52,848 nucleotides of DNA from positions 1 through 52,848 of the forward strand of contig JBGQEL010000022.1 in assembly GCA_041496385.1 (NCBI GenBank), in the 5' to 3' direction. A program made the translations under genes and the position numbers. Under the pieces are notes generated by a model. It worked only from the letters and a program-made list of their open reading frames with translations. It did not search any database and was not told the origin of the DNA. Every line of letters starts with the position of its first letter. Within the stretch, counting starts at the first letter, position 1. Positions 10,775 through 21,268 of this stretch are shown one piece after another. This DNA comes from Candidatus Methylomirabilia bacterium. GTDB taxonomy: Bacteria; Methylomirabilota; Methylomirabilia; Rokubacteriales; CSP1-6.

Positions 10775-12054
10775 CCGTGCGCGCCGCGCGCGTCGGCGTG
10801 CGCGCGTGGGCGATGTGGTCGCTGCCCGCGCTGATCTTTTTCATCGCGTTCTTCCATCGCGCCGCGCCCGGGATCATCGGCAAGGAGCTGATGCAGGAGT
10901 TCGGCGTGACGAGCGCGACCATCGGGCTGCTCGCCGCGACCTATTTCTACGCGTACGCCGGCCTCATGCTGCCGTCCGGCTTGCTGATCGACGCGTTCGG
11001 CGTCCGGCGCGTGGTGACGGCCGGCGGCGTGGTCATGGGTCTCGGCGCCGTCGCGATGGGGGCCGCGGCCGGGCCGCGCGGGCTCTTCGCGGGGCGCTTT
11101 GCCGTGGGCCTGGGGGCGACGGTCACGTTCATCGGCGCGCTCAAGATCGCGGCGACCTGGTTCCCGCCTCGATCCTTCGGCTTCCTGTCCGCCGTCACGG
11201 CGACGGTCGGCATCCTCGGCGCGCTCGCCTCGACGGCGCCGCTCGCCGCGCTGGTCGCGCTCGCGGGCTGGCGGGGCGCGCTCGTGATCGTCGGCGCGCT
11301 CACGCTCGTGGCCTCGGCGCTCTGCCTCCTCCTGGTGCGCGACGGGCCCGAGGACGCGCGCGCCGCCGCCGCGCCGGCGCCCGCCTTTCGCGCGGTGCTC
11401 GCGGGCATGCGCGAGGTGCTCCGGAACCCGCACACGTGGCCGCCGTTCCTCGCCTTCTTCTGCCTCTACTCGGCGTTCGGCAACCTGTCGCTATGGGTCG
11501 TGCCCTGGCTGCGCGACGTCTACGCCCTCTCCGGCCCTGACGCCGCGCTCTACGCGACGGCGCCGTCGCTCGCGCTGCTGGTCTCGGCGCCCCTGACCGG
11601 CTTCGTCTCCGACAGGCTGCTGCGGAGGCGCAAGCTCCCGTACGTGGCGCTGGCATCGGCCTCCTGCGTCCTGTGGATCGTGCTCGTCGCCACGCTGGGC
11701 GCGTTGCCGCTGCACGGCGTGGGGATCCTCCTCTTCGCCATGGGCACGGTCGGCGCCGCCTTCGTCCTCACGTGGCCGATCGGACGCGAGGTCAACCCGC
11801 CGCATCTCGCCGGGATCTCCGTCGCGGTCGTCAACCTTGGAGGGTTCCTCGGCGCGGCGCTCACGCAGGGGCCGATCGGCGCCCTCCTCGACGCGCGCTG
11901 GGCCGGCGGCCTGTCCGGCGGCGCGCGCGTCTATCCGCGCGAGGCGTACGCCGCCGCGTTCACGGTCTGCGCGGCCCTCGCGCTCGGCGGCGCGGCGCTG
12001 AGCCTCCTGCTCCGTGAGACGCGGGGCGTGAACGTGTACCGCAGTGCGAGGTGA
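10771..12054 (+). CDS. MFS transporter, substrate unknown
   Basis: About 12 TM segments, GLLIDAFGVRR motif A, GFVSDRLLRRRK; GTGA overlap with mnmG. Confidence 0.88.
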
Positions 12055-12160
12055 GAGGCGCCGCGCCGCGAGCCGAGCGGTGAGATGGAACGGCAGTGCG
12101 AGGTGAGCGGCGCCACGCCGCGAGCCGAGCGGTGAAATGGAACTACAGTCCGAGGTGAGC
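12041..12160. repeat. Tandem repeat, 52-bp unit x2 plus partial; same family as the 3526 array
   Basis: GCAGTGCGAGGTGAG...CGAGCCGAGCGGTGARATGGAAC at 12041 and 12093; partial at 12145. Confidence 0.9.
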
Positions 12161-12161
12161 C

Positions 12162-12644
12162 ATGAGAGGTGACCCCATCACTCCGGAGGAGTTCGTGCGG
12201 AAGCTCAACACCGAGTGGAGCCGCGGCACCATGATCGAGAGTCACGGCACCCACTTCGTTTCCGTGGGAGCCGGGCGCGCCGTCGCCCGGCTCGAGTTCC
12301 AGCCGTCGCTCACCCAGCTCACGGGCCGCTTCCACGCGGGCGCCATCGTCGCCCTCGCCGACGAGACGGCGACGGCGGCGGCGATGTGGGCCACGAACCC
12401 CTCGGCCGAGCTCCGGCCGGAGCGCTTCCCGCTCAGCCTGCAGCTCTCGATCAACCTCATGGGGAACACCGACCACGGGACCTTGACAGCGGAGGCCGAG
12501 ATCGTTCATCGTGGAAGGACGACCCTGGTCGTCGAGGTAAGAGTCCTGGACGACCGGCGGCGGCTCATCGCGACGCTCGTGGCGACCCAGTTGGCTCCGG
12601 CGGCCCCGCCGGCGACCGCCCTCCCCGCCCCTCCCGGGCGGTAG
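12162..12644 (+). CDS. PaaI-family (hotdog) thioesterase
   Basis: LTQLTGRFHAGAIVALADET, LQLSINL, AEIVHRGRTTLVVEVRV. Confidence 0.88.
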   Translation: MRGDPITPEEFVRKLNTEWSRGTMIESHGTHFVSVGAGRAVARLEFQPSLTQLTGRFHAGAIVALADETATAAAMWATNPSAELRPERFPLSLQLSINLMGNTDHGTLTAEAEIVHRGRTTLVVEVRVLDDRRRLIATLVATQLAPAAPPATALPAPPGR

Positions 12645-12658
12645 GGGACAAGGAGCGC

Positions 12659-14092
12659 ATGCGGCTCGCCTCGAAGATCTTCCTGACCTCCGCCCTCGTG
12701 ATCGTCGTCCTGGCGGGCGTCTGCGTGCTGAGCCTCCGTGCCGTGGACCGCCTCGTCGCCGTGAACCGCGAGATTGCGACTCAGACCGTGCCGGCGCTCC
12801 GGCTGGCGGCGGGCGCGCGCGAGGCGATCGCGCCGCTCACCCGGCTCGAGGCCCGGGCGCTCGTGCTCCGCGACCCGCGGTACGCCGCGCTCTGGAGCGA
12901 CCGCGCGGGGCAGGTGGCGCGCGACCTCGAGCGCCTGGGCGCCTACGCGATGACCGAGGCCGAGGCGGCGCCCCTCCGGGCGGCGCGCGCGGCGTTCGGA
13001 GACTACCGGCGCACGGTCGCCGAGGAGCAGCGGCTCCTCGGGCGGGGCGACCGGCAAGCCGCGCTGCTGCTCGCCGACACCGACGCGCTCGCCTTCTCGA
13101 GCCGCGTCGAGGCGAGCCTCGACGAGCTGATGGACACGACCCACGCGCGGGCGGTCACCGCGCAGGCCGAGGCGGCGCAGCTCGAGGCGCGGACGTGGAC
13201 GGCCGTGCTGGTCGCGCTGGGCGCGGCTGTGGGCCTGGCGCTGCTCGGCACGGGGCTCGTGGCCTACCGCATGACGCGATCCCTCGAGACGCTGTCGGCC
13301 GCAACGGCGGACGTGGCGGCGGGCTCCTTCCGCGAGCCGCTGCCGGCCGGGGGCCACGACGAGATCGGCCGGCTCGCGCGCTCCTTCAACTCGATGGCGG
13401 CGCAGCTCCGGCAGGTGGAGGAGGCCAAGGAGGGGTTCTTCGCGAGCGTCTCGCACGAGCTGCGCTCGCCGCTCACCTCGATCCGCGGCGCGGCCGACCT
13501 CATGCGCGACGGCGTCCCGGGGCCGCTCTCCGAAAAGCAGGCGCGGCTCGTCGAGATCATCGGCGTCAGCTCCGACCGGCTGCTGCGGCTCGTCAACCAG
13601 ATCCTCGAGATGTCCCGGCTCCGCGCCGGCCTCCTGCCGCTCGACCGGGTCGACCTCGACCTCGACCGGCTCGTCGGGCGCGCGATCGAGGAGCTCCACC
13701 CGAGCGCCGAGGCCGGGGGCGTGGCGCTCGAGCGCGAGCGCGTCGGCGCCACCTTCGGTTACAACGGCGACGAGGAGCGGCTGTTCCAGGTCGTCGTCAA
13801 CCTCGGCGCCAACGCCATCCGCTTCACGCCGGCGGGTGGGCGCGTCATCGTGCGCCTCGTGGACGCCGGCGCCGAGCTCGAGCTGCAGGTGGAGGACACG
13901 GGCGTGGGGATCCCGGCCAGCGAGCTGCCGCACATCTTCGACTCCTACCGGCAGGCGCACCACGACCGTGGCGGCACCGGCCTGGGTCTCGCGATCGTCC
14001 GCGGCGTCGCCCACGCCCACGGCGGGCGCGTGACGGTCGAGTCGCAGGAGGGCAAGGGGAGCCGCTTCACCGTGCTCCTCCCCCGATCATGA
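12659..14092 (+). CDS. HAMP-domain sensor histidine kinase, GlrK/QseE-like
   Basis: Two TM segments, periplasmic helical domain, HAMP (DEIGRLARSFNSM), H-box VSHELRSPLTSI, N/G1/G2 boxes; AGGAG RBS. Confidence 0.9.
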   Translation: MRLASKIFLTSALVIVVLAGVCVLSLRAVDRLVAVNREIATQTVPALRLAAGAREAIAPLTRLEARALVLRDPRYAALWSDRAGQVARDLERLGAYAMTEAEAAPLRAARAAFGDYRRTVAEEQRLLGRGDRQAALLLADTDALAFSSRVEASLDELMDTTHARAVTAQAEAAQLEARTWTAVLVALGAAVGLALLGTGLVAYRMTRSLETLSAATADVAAGSFREPLPAGGHDEIGRLARSFNSMAAQLRQVEEAKEGFFASVSHELRSPLTSIRGAADLMRDGVPGPLSEKQARLVEIIGVSSDRLLRLVNQILEMSRLRAGLLPLDRVDLDLDRLVGRAIEELHPSAEAGGVALERERVGATFGYNGDEERLFQVVVNLGANAIRFTPAGGRVIVRLVDAGAELELQVEDTGVGIPASELPHIFDSYRQAHHDRGGTGLGLAIVRGVAHAHGGRVTVESQEGKGSRFTVLLPRS

Positions 14093-14478
14093 GAGGCGCC
14101 CGGCTCGCGCTGCCGCTCCTGCTCCTGCTCGCGGGCTGCGCGTCGTGGCCTGGGTGGTCCGTGCTCCGGCCCGCCGCCACCGCGCTCGAGCGGGCCGATC
14201 AGCTCGGCGAGCGGAAGGACTACGAAGCCGCGATCGCCGCGTACGACGAGTACCTCGCGAAGTACGGCGACGACGCCGCCGCGCCGCGCGCGCGGATGAG
14301 CCGCGAGGCGGCCGCCGCCATCGTCGCCGCGCGCGCCGACATGGCGAAGCTCCGGCAGGACCTCGCGAGGCTCCGCGAGGAGATCGCCCGGCGCGAGAAC
14401 GATCTCCAGCAGGTGCGCTCCGATCTCGAGCGACTCAAACAGCTCGACCTCCGGCTCGAGCAGCGCGGGAAGAAATGA
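14089..14478 (+). CDS. Lipoprotein with TPR-like and coiled-coil segments (QseG/YfhG-like)
   Basis: Lipobox LLLLAGC; C-terminal coiled coil ending LERLKQLDLRLE; ATGA-coupled on both sides. Confidence 0.75.
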   Translation: MRGARLALPLLLLLAGCASWPGWSVLRPAATALERADQLGERKDYEAAIAAYDEYLAKYGDDAAAPRARMSREAAAAIVAARADMAKLRQDLARLREEIARRENDLQQVRSDLERLKQLDLRLEQRGKK

Positions 14479-15962
14479 AGCACCGGGTGCTCGTGGTGGA
14501 CGACGACCGGTCGATCCTCGACGTGCTCGAGATGCGCTTGGCGGCCATGAACCTGGACGTCACCGCGCTCCCCGACCCGGGCCGCGCGCTCGAGGCCGCG
14601 CAGAGCCAGCGCTTCGACGTGGCCCTGCTCGACCTCCGCATGGAGCCGATGGACGGCGTCCGGCTGATGGAGGAGCTGCACGAGCGGCAGCGGCGGCTGC
14701 CCGTGCTCATCATGACCGCCCACGGCACGATCGAGAACGCGGTCGACGCGGTCCAGCGCGGCGCCTTCGACTATCTGACCAAGCCGTTCGTGCGCGACGA
14801 GCTCCGCTCGAAGATCAATCGCGCGCTGGCCACGCGACGATGGGCGCGCGATCGCGAGCGGCTCCTCACCGTGGGCCAGACGCTCGCCTCGTCGGGTGTC
14901 ATGGCGCGGGTCCTCGACGCCGTGGCGCAGGCGACCGTGGAGGCCACCGAGGCCGAGCGCTGCGTCGTCTTCCAGCTCGCCCAGGGCCGTCTCGTGCCGA
15001 TGGCGAGCGCCGGCTCGCCCTCGCCGTCGTGGAGCGCGCTCGAGGCCGCCGCGGCGGCGGCGATGGAGAAGGGCGTGCCGGTCAGCCGGCCGCCCGAGGG
15101 CGGGGACGCCGAGGCGGGCACGATCGTCGCCGCGCCGCTGGTCGTCCAGCGCGGCCCCGCGGGGGCGCTCGTGATCGAGACACCGACAGGCGTCGAGCCG
15201 AACGAGGACGATCTGGAGCTGCTGGCGATCTTCTCCTCGCAGGCGGCCATCGCCGTGCGCAACACGCACGAGCTCGAGCGCCTCCGGAGCGGGGCGCTCG
15301 CGGCCCTCGGCCGGATGGCGACCCAGGTCGCGCACGAGGTGAAGAACCCGCTCGCCGGCCTGCGCCTCTACGTGCGCCATCTCGAGCAGCGGCTCGCGCG
15401 GGCGGGGGACGCCGAGGGCGGCGAGCTCGCGGCGAAGATCGCGGGCACCGTGGACCATCTGGCCTCGGTGGTCGCGGAGATCACCGCGTTCGGCCGGCCG
15501 CCCGAGCTGCACCGCGCGCCGACGGAGATCCACGCGCTGCTCGACGAGTGCCTCGACCTCGGGACGGCGCGCGTCGAGCACGCGGCGGTCGCGGTCGAGC
15601 GCGTGTACGATCCTGCGGTGCCCGTCGCCGCGCTCGACGCGCGCGAGCTGCGCAAGGCGTTCCTCAACCTGATCCTCAACGGCCTCGAGGCGCTGGAGGG
15701 CCGCGGCCGGCTCACGGTCACGACGGGGTGGACGCCGGACCCGGGCGCCATCTCTGTGAGCGTCGAGGACACCGGCGCGGGGATGACGGAGGAGGTCCTC
15801 GCGCGCGCCTTCGACCCGTTCTACACGACCAAGCCGCAGGGCACCGGGCTCGGCATGTCCATCGCCCGCTCGGTCGTGGACCTTCACGGCGGGACGCTCA
15901 CCGTGCAGACCCGCGTCGGGGCGGGGACTCGCGTGCAGATCACGCTTCCGGTGATGCGATGA
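14475..15962 (+). CDS. Hybrid signalling protein REC-GAF-HisKA-HATPase
   Basis: REC (VVDDD, LLDLRM, TAHG, LTKPF), GAF-like middle region, H-box VAHEVKNPL, FDPFYTTKPQGTGLG. Confidence 0.9.
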   Translation: MKHRVLVVDDDRSILDVLEMRLAAMNLDVTALPDPGRALEAAQSQRFDVALLDLRMEPMDGVRLMEELHERQRRLPVLIMTAHGTIENAVDAVQRGAFDYLTKPFVRDELRSKINRALATRRWARDRERLLTVGQTLASSGVMARVLDAVAQATVEATEAERCVVFQLAQGRLVPMASAGSPSPSWSALEAAAAAAMEKGVPVSRPPEGGDAEAGTIVAAPLVVQRGPAGALVIETPTGVEPNEDDLELLAIFSSQAAIAVRNTHELERLRSGALAALGRMATQVAHEVKNPLAGLRLYVRHLEQRLARAGDAEGGELAAKIAGTVDHLASVVAEITAFGRPPELHRAPTEIHALLDECLDLGTARVEHAAVAVERVYDPAVPVAALDARELRKAFLNLILNGLEALEGRGRLTVTTGWTPDPGAISVSVEDTGAGMTEEVLARAFDPFYTTKPQGTGLGMSIARSVVDLHGGTLTVQTRVGAGTRVQITLPVMR

Positions 15963-15987
15963 CGCGCGCGCCGGCGGAGCCGGGCGC

Positions 15988-17373
15988 ATGAAGCGCGAGC
16001 GGACGATCCTGGTGGTGGACGACGAGCGGACGATCGCGGACGGCTTGCGCCTGACCCTCGAGAGCGAGGGCTACGCCGTGCGCACCGCCGGGAGCATCCG
16101 CGAGGCGCTGGCCGCGTTCGCGCAGGCCGAGGCGCTGGCCGCGATCGTGGACCTCATGCTGCCGGACGGCGACGGTCTCACGCTCACGCGCGAGCTGAAG
16201 CGCCGCGATCCGGCGCTCGAGGTCATCGTCATCACGGCCTACGGCTCGGTCCGGAAGGCGATGGAGGCCACCAAGGACGCCGGCGCGTTCTACGTCCTGG
16301 AGAAGCCGTTCGATCCGGACGAGCTCCTCGGACTGATCCGGAACGCCCTCGAGCGCCGCCGGCTCGCCACCGAGAACGCCGACCTCCGCCGACGGCTCGT
16401 CGAGCAGGTGGCGGACACGGAGATCCTCGGGAGCGCGCCCGGCATCCAGCGCGTGATGGAGACGGTCGCGGCCGTGGCCGACGCCGACGCCAACGTCCTG
16501 ATCGTCGGCGAGAGCGGCACGGGCAAGGAGCTCGTCGCCAACGCGCTCCACGAACGGAGCCGGCGGCGGCAGGGACCGTGGATCAAGATCAACTGCGCGG
16601 CGCTGCCCAAGGACCTGATCGAGTCCGAGCTCTTCGGCCACACCAAGGGCGCGTTCACGGGCGCCACCACCGACAAGGTGGGGCTCTTGGAGGAGGCCGA
16701 CGGCGGGTCGCTCCTCCTCGACGAGATCACCGAGATGCCGCCAGATCTTCAGGCGAAGCTCCTGCGCGTCCTCGAGGAACGCGTCGTGCGCCGGCTCGGC
16801 GCCGCGAAGTCCACGCCGGTGGACTTCCGCCTGATCTCGTCGACGAACCGGAGCCCGGAGACGGCGTTGAAGGAAGGGCGGCTGCGCCAGGACCTCTTCT
16901 TCCGCATCAACACGGTGTCGATCCTCGTGCCGCCGCTCCGCGAGCGGCGCGAGGACGTTCCCGAGCTCTTGAAGGCCTTCCTCGAGCGCTACCGCGTCAA
17001 GCACGCGCGCGAGCTCGACGGGATCGAGCCGGAGGCGTACCGCCGGCTGCTGGCCTATCCCTGGCCGGGCAACATCCGCGAGCTCCAGCACGCGATCGAG
17101 CGCGCGGTGCTCGTCACGCGCGGCCCGCAGCTCGCGCTCGACGATCTGCCCGAGCCGTTGCGGCGCTCCGCGTCCGAGCCGGGCGCGCCGATGGCAGTGG
17201 CGCCGTCGGAGGTGCCCGCGGGCTCGCTCGAGGCGCTCGAGCGCGCCTCGATCCTCAAGGCGCTCGAGACCACGAAGTGGAACAAGCAGGCCGCCGCGGT
17301 GCTGCTCGGGCTGCGGCGCCCGACGCTCTACTCGAAGATGCGCAAGCACGGCATTCCGCAGCGCCGGGCATAG
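15988..17373 (+). CDS. Sigma54-dependent response regulator (NtrC family)
   Basis: REC, Walker [37 protein letters not shown]-terminal Fis-type HTH. Confidence 0.95.
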   Translation: MKRERTILVVDDERTIADGLRLTLESEGYAVRTAGSIREALAAFAQAEALAAIVDLMLPDGDGLTLTRELKRRDPALEVIVITAYGSVRKAMEATKDAGAFYVLEKPFDPDELLGLIRNALERRRLATENADLRRRLVEQVADTEILGSAPGIQRVMETVAAVADADANVLIVGESGTGKELVANALHERSRRRQGPWIKINCAALPKDLIESELFGHTKGAFTGATTDKVGLLEEADGGSLLLDEITEMPPDLQAKLLRVLEERVVRRLGAAKSTPVDFRLISSTNRSPETALKEGRLRQDLFFRINTVSILVPPLRERREDVPELLKAFLERYRVKHARELDGIEPEAYRRLLAYPWPGNIRELQHAIERAVLVTRGPQLALDDLPEPLRRSASEPGAPMAVAPSEVPAGSLEALERASILKALETTKWNKQAAAVLLGLRRPTLYSKMRKHGIPQRRA

Positions 17374-17444
17374 GTCGCTCTCTCGCCGCCTCGCATCTGA
17401 GCCGTTTTGAGCGGCCCCGCTCACGCGAGATCCAGGCGGCCATT

Positions 17445-17491
17445 CGCCCGAAACGCGAGCAGTTTCCCGACCACTGCCCATTTCGTAGGCA
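17445..17491. promoter_or_regulatory. Paired putative bEBP enhancer sites upstream of the PII gene
   Basis: CGCCCGAAACGCGAGCA (17445) and TGCCCATTTCGTAGGCA (17475), 30 bp apart; same pattern recurs at 21143/21173 and 21807/21837. Confidence 0.7.
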
Positions 17492-17544
17492 AGCGGGCCC
17501 CGTGCCGGCTCCCCGCGGAGCTCCGGAATGCCTTGATTTCTTGA

Positions 17545-17946
<402 letters not shown>

Positions 17947-17947
17947 T

Positions 17948-17990
17948 TGCGAGGCGCGCCGGGCGGCGAGGCGAGCGGTGAGATGGTTCG
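17948..17990. repeat. Single copy of the CGAGCGGTGAGATGG repeat family
   Basis: TGCGAGGCGCGCCGGGCGGCGAGGCGAGCGGTGAGATGG matches the 3526 unit core. Confidence 0.8.
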
Positions 17991-18013
17991 GTAGACCCAA
18001 GGGAGGACTCACG

Positions 18014-19468
18014 GTGAAGCGATTCGGGATCGCACTGGCAGTGGTGCTGGTGCTCGGCGCCGCGGCGACGACGCTGGCCCTCGCTCAGCAGCCCGCGGCC
18101 CCCGCCGCCCCCGTCGCCGCGCCCGCCCCGGCCGCGCCCGCGGCGCTGGCGGCGGCGCCCGCGCCCTCGAAGATCGACAAGGGCGACACGGCCTGGATGC
18201 TCACGTCCTCCGCGCTGGTCCTGCTCATGACCGCGCCGGGGCTCGCGCTCTTCTACGGCGGCATGGTGCGCTCGAAGAACGCGCTCGCGACGCTCATGCA
18301 GAGCTTCATCCTCATCGCCATCATCTCGATCCAGTGGATCCTCTGGGGCTACTCGCTCGCCTTCGGGCCCGACAAGGGCGGGATCATCGGCGGCCTCGAG
18401 TGGTTCGGTCTGCGTGGCGTCGGCGCCGAGCCGTTCGACGCGTACGCCAAGACCATCCCGCACCAGGCGTTCATGCTCTTCCAGATGATGTTCGCCATCA
18501 TCACGCCGGCCCTCATCACCGGAGCGTTCGCGGAGCGCAAGAAGTTCTCGGCGTTCCTGCTGTTCACGCTCCTCTGGGCGACGCTCGTCTACGATCCGCT
18601 CGCGCACTGGGTCTGGGGCGACGGCGGCTGGCTGAAGAGGCTGGGCGCGCTCGACTTCGCGGGCGGGACCGTCGTGCACATCTCGTCGGGTGTGTCGGCG
18701 CTCGTCTGCGCGATCGTGATCGGCAAGCGCCGGGGGTACGGCCACCAGCCGATGCAGCCCCACAACCTGCCGATGACCGTGATGGGCGCGGCGCTGCTCT
18801 GGTTCGGCTGGTTCGGGTTCAACGCGGGCAGCGCGCTCGAGGCCAGCGGCCTCGCCGTGAGCGCGTTTCTCGCGACGAACACGGGCGCGGCGGCGGCGGC
18901 GCTGGGCTGGATGTTCACCGAATGGATGAGCCGCGGCCGGCCCACCGTCCTCGGGGCCGCCTCGGGCGCCGTCGCGGGCCTCGTCGCGATCACGCCCGCC
19001 TCCGGATACGTCGGGCCGATCTCGTCGCTGATCATCGGCGCCGTGGCCGGTGCGCTCTGCTACTTGGCGTGCAACCTCAAGTCGAAGTTCGGCTACGACG
19101 ACTCGCTCGACGTCGTCGGCGTCCACGGCGTCGGCGGGACCTGGGGCGCGATCGCGACGGGGCTGTTCGCCTCGAAGGCGATCAACGGCCAGGGCGAGAA
19201 CGGGCTCTTCTTCGGCAATCCCGGGCAGCTCTGGACACAGGTCATCGCCGTGCTCGCGACCTACGCGATCGCGATCGTGATGACCGCGATCATTCTGAAG
19301 GTCGTCGACGCGATCGTCGGGCTCCGTGTGACGGAGGAGGACGAGGTCGCCGGGCTCGACCTCAGCCAGCACTCCGAGACGGCGTACGCCGCGGGCGGCG
19401 GCTACGGCGAGTTCGCCTCGGCGCAGAGCGGCGGGTTCGTCGAGAGCCGTGCCCGCACCGCGCACTGA
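18014..19468 (+). CDS. amtB: Ammonium transporter
   Basis: [65 protein letters not shown]. Confidence 0.97.
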   Translation: MKRFGIALAVVLVLGAAATTLALAQQPAAPAAPVAAPAPAAPAALAAAPAPSKIDKGDTAWMLTSSALVLLMTAPGLALFYGGMVRSKNALATLMQSFILIAIISIQWILWGYSLAFGPDKGGIIGGLEWFGLRGVGAEPFDAYAKTIPHQAFMLFQMMFAIITPALITGAFAERKKFSAFLLFTLLWATLVYDPLAHWVWGDGGWLKRLGALDFAGGTVVHISSGVSALVCAIVIGKRRGYGHQPMQPHNLPMTVMGAALLWFGWFGFNAGSALEASGLAVSAFLATNTGAAAAALGWMFTEWMSRGRPTVLGAASGAVAGLVAITPASGYVGPISSLIIGAVAGALCYLACNLKSKFGYDDSLDVVGVHGVGGTWGAIATGLFASKAINGQGENGLFFGNPGQLWTQVIAVLATYAIAIVMTAIILKVVDAIVGLRVTEEDEVAGLDLSQHSETAYAAGGGYGEFASAQSGGFVESRARTAH

Positions 19469-19497
19469 ACGGCGGCGCGCGTGGCGCGGGAGGACGC

Positions 19498-19526
19498 TTG
19501 ATTCGAGGCGGCAGTTCGCCTAAGTT
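19498..19526 (+). promoter_or_regulatory. Possible sigma70-type promoter for glnA
   Basis: TTGATT-N17-TAAGTT in a locally AT-richer spacer. Confidence 0.4.
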
Positions 19527-19565
19527 AGTTGGGTTGCTCATCACCCTGAGAAGAAGGAGCCTCGC

Positions 19566-20990
19566 ATGACGCCGAAGGACGTTCTCAAACTGGCCAAGGA
19601 GAAAGGCGCCAAGATCGTCGATCTCCGCTTCATCGATCTCCCGGGCCTCTGGCAGCACTTCTCGATCCCGATGTCCGAGCTCGGCGAGGGCATCTTCGAG
19701 GACGGCCTCGGGTTCGACGGCTCGTCGATTCGCGGATTCCAGACCATCGACGAATCCGACATGCTGCTGATCCCCGATCCGTCGTCGGCGCAGATGGATC
19801 CCTTCACGGCGGTGCCCACGATCGTCCTGATCTGCAACGTCAAGGATCCGGTCACGGGCAAGTGGTACTCGCGCGACCCGCGCTACATCGCCCAGAAGGC
19901 CGAGGCCTACGTCAAGAAGACCGGCCTGGCGGACACGATCTTCATCGGACCCGAGCTCGAGTTCTTCTTCTTCGACTCGATCCGCTTCGACCAGACCTAC
20001 AACGCCGGCTACTACTTCATCGACTCCGAGGCGGGCGCCTGGAACACCGGCAAGGAAGGCACGCCCGAGAATCCCAACCTCGGGTACAAGCCCCGCTACA
20101 AGCAGGGTTATTTCCCCGTGCCGCCCATGGACAAGTTCCAGGACATCCGGTCCGATATGGTGCTGGCGCTCGAGAGCGTCGGGGTGCGGATCGAAGTCCA
20201 CCACCACGAAGTCGCGACCGGCGGCCAGACCGAGATCGACATGCGGTACGACACGCTGACGAAGATGGCGGACAAGGTCCTCTGGTACAAGTACTGCGCG
20301 AAGATGACGGCGCGGAAGTGGGGCAAGACCGCCACGTTCATGCCGAAGCCGCTCTTCCAGGACAACGGGTCCGGCATGCATACTCATCAGAGTCTCTGGA
20401 AGAACGGCAAGAACCTGTTCTACGAGCGGGGCGGCTACGCCGACATTTCCAAGATGTGCCTCTACTACATCGGCGGGATCCTCAAGCACGCGCCGGCGCT
20501 ACTCGCGCTCATCGCGCCCAGCACCAACTCCTACAAGCGGCTCGTGCCGGGGTACGAAGCGCCGATCAATCTCGTCTACAGCCAGCGCAACCGCTCGGCG
20601 GCGATCCGCATTCCGGTGTACTCGAAGTCGGAGGGGGCCAAGCGCATCGAGTTCCGCACGCCGGACCCGACCTGCAACCCGTACCTGTCGTTCGCGGCCT
20701 GCGTGATGGCGGGGCTCGACGGCATCGCGAACAAGATCGATCCGGGCAAGCCGGTGGACAAGGACCTCTACGAGCTGCCGCCGGCCGAGCAGAAGAAGAT
20801 CAAGCAGCTCCCCGGCGACCTCGGCACGGTGCTCGACAACCTCGAGAAGTCGCACGACTGGCTGTTGAAGGGTGACGTCTTCACGCCGGACGTGATCGAG
20901 ACGTGGATCGAGTACAAGCGGAAGAACGAGCTGGACGCCGTACGGCTCCGCCCGCACCCGTGGGAGTTCGCCCTCTACTTCGATATTTGA
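19566..20990 (+). CDS. glnA: Glutamine synthetase type I
   Basis: [50 protein letters not shown], adenylylation-type site DKDLYELP. Confidence 0.98.
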   Translation: MTPKDVLKLAKEKGAKIVDLRFIDLPGLWQHFSIPMSELGEGIFEDGLGFDGSSIRGFQTIDESDMLLIPDPSSAQMDPFTAVPTIVLICNVKDPVTGKWYSRDPRYIAQKAEAYVKKTGLADTIFIGPELEFFFFDSIRFDQTYNAGYYFIDSEAGAWNTGKEGTPENPNLGYKPRYKQGYFPVPPMDKFQDIRSDMVLALESVGVRIEVHHHEVATGGQTEIDMRYDTLTKMADKVLWYKYCAKMTARKWGKTATFMPKPLFQDNGSGMHTHQSLWKNGKNLFYERGGYADISKMCLYYIGGILKHAPALLALIAPSTNSYKRLVPGYEAPINLVYSQRNRSAAIRIPVYSKSEGAKRIEFRTPDPTCNPYLSFAACVMAGLDGIANKIDPGKPVDKDLYELPPAEQKKIKQLPGDLGTVLDNLEKSHDWLLKGDVFTPDVIETWIEYKRKNELDAVRLRPHPWEFALYFDI

Positions 20991-21098
20991 AGCGGCGGGC
21001 ACCCGGGCTTCGCCACGCCCGCCGCGCTCGCGTGGCGAACGACGGGCCGGCGCGGGCGTGAACGCGTAGCGAGAGCCCCGATCGGTTGACCGTCGGCT

Positions 21099-21128
21099 CA
21101 CGGGCCCCGGAGAAATCCGGCGCCCGTG
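21099..21128 (+). terminator. GC-rich hairpin with GAAA tetraloop downstream of glnA (no U-tract)
   Basis: CACGGGC-C-CCGGA-GAAA-TCCGG-C-GCCCGTG. Confidence 0.4.
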
Positions 21129-21142
21129 GCGCGTGTGCGCCC

Positions 21143-21189
21143 TGCCGTCCGAATAAGCAGGCGGCGACGCAGTGCCGGGTGGCTAGGCA
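21143..21189. promoter_or_regulatory. Paired putative bEBP enhancer sites upstream of the ANTAR gene
   Basis: TGCCGTCCGAATAAGCA (21143) and TGCCGGGTGGCTAGGCA (21173), 30 bp apart. Confidence 0.7.
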
Positions 21190-21240
21190 GCGCGCTCGGC
21201 GTCGCGAGCGACAAGTAGCCGATTTTCAACAGCGCGCTCC

Positions 21241-21256
21241 TGGCATCGAGCTTGCG
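21241..21256 (+). promoter_or_regulatory. Sigma54 promoter of the ANTAR gene
   Basis: TGGCAT-CGAGC-TTGCG. Confidence 0.75.
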
Positions 21257-21268
21257 ATGCAACCGAGC

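Noticed and set aside
19482..19500. TGGCGC...GC before glnA as a sigma54 promoter
   Set aside because: GG to GC spacing is 11 rather than 10 and there is no TTGC
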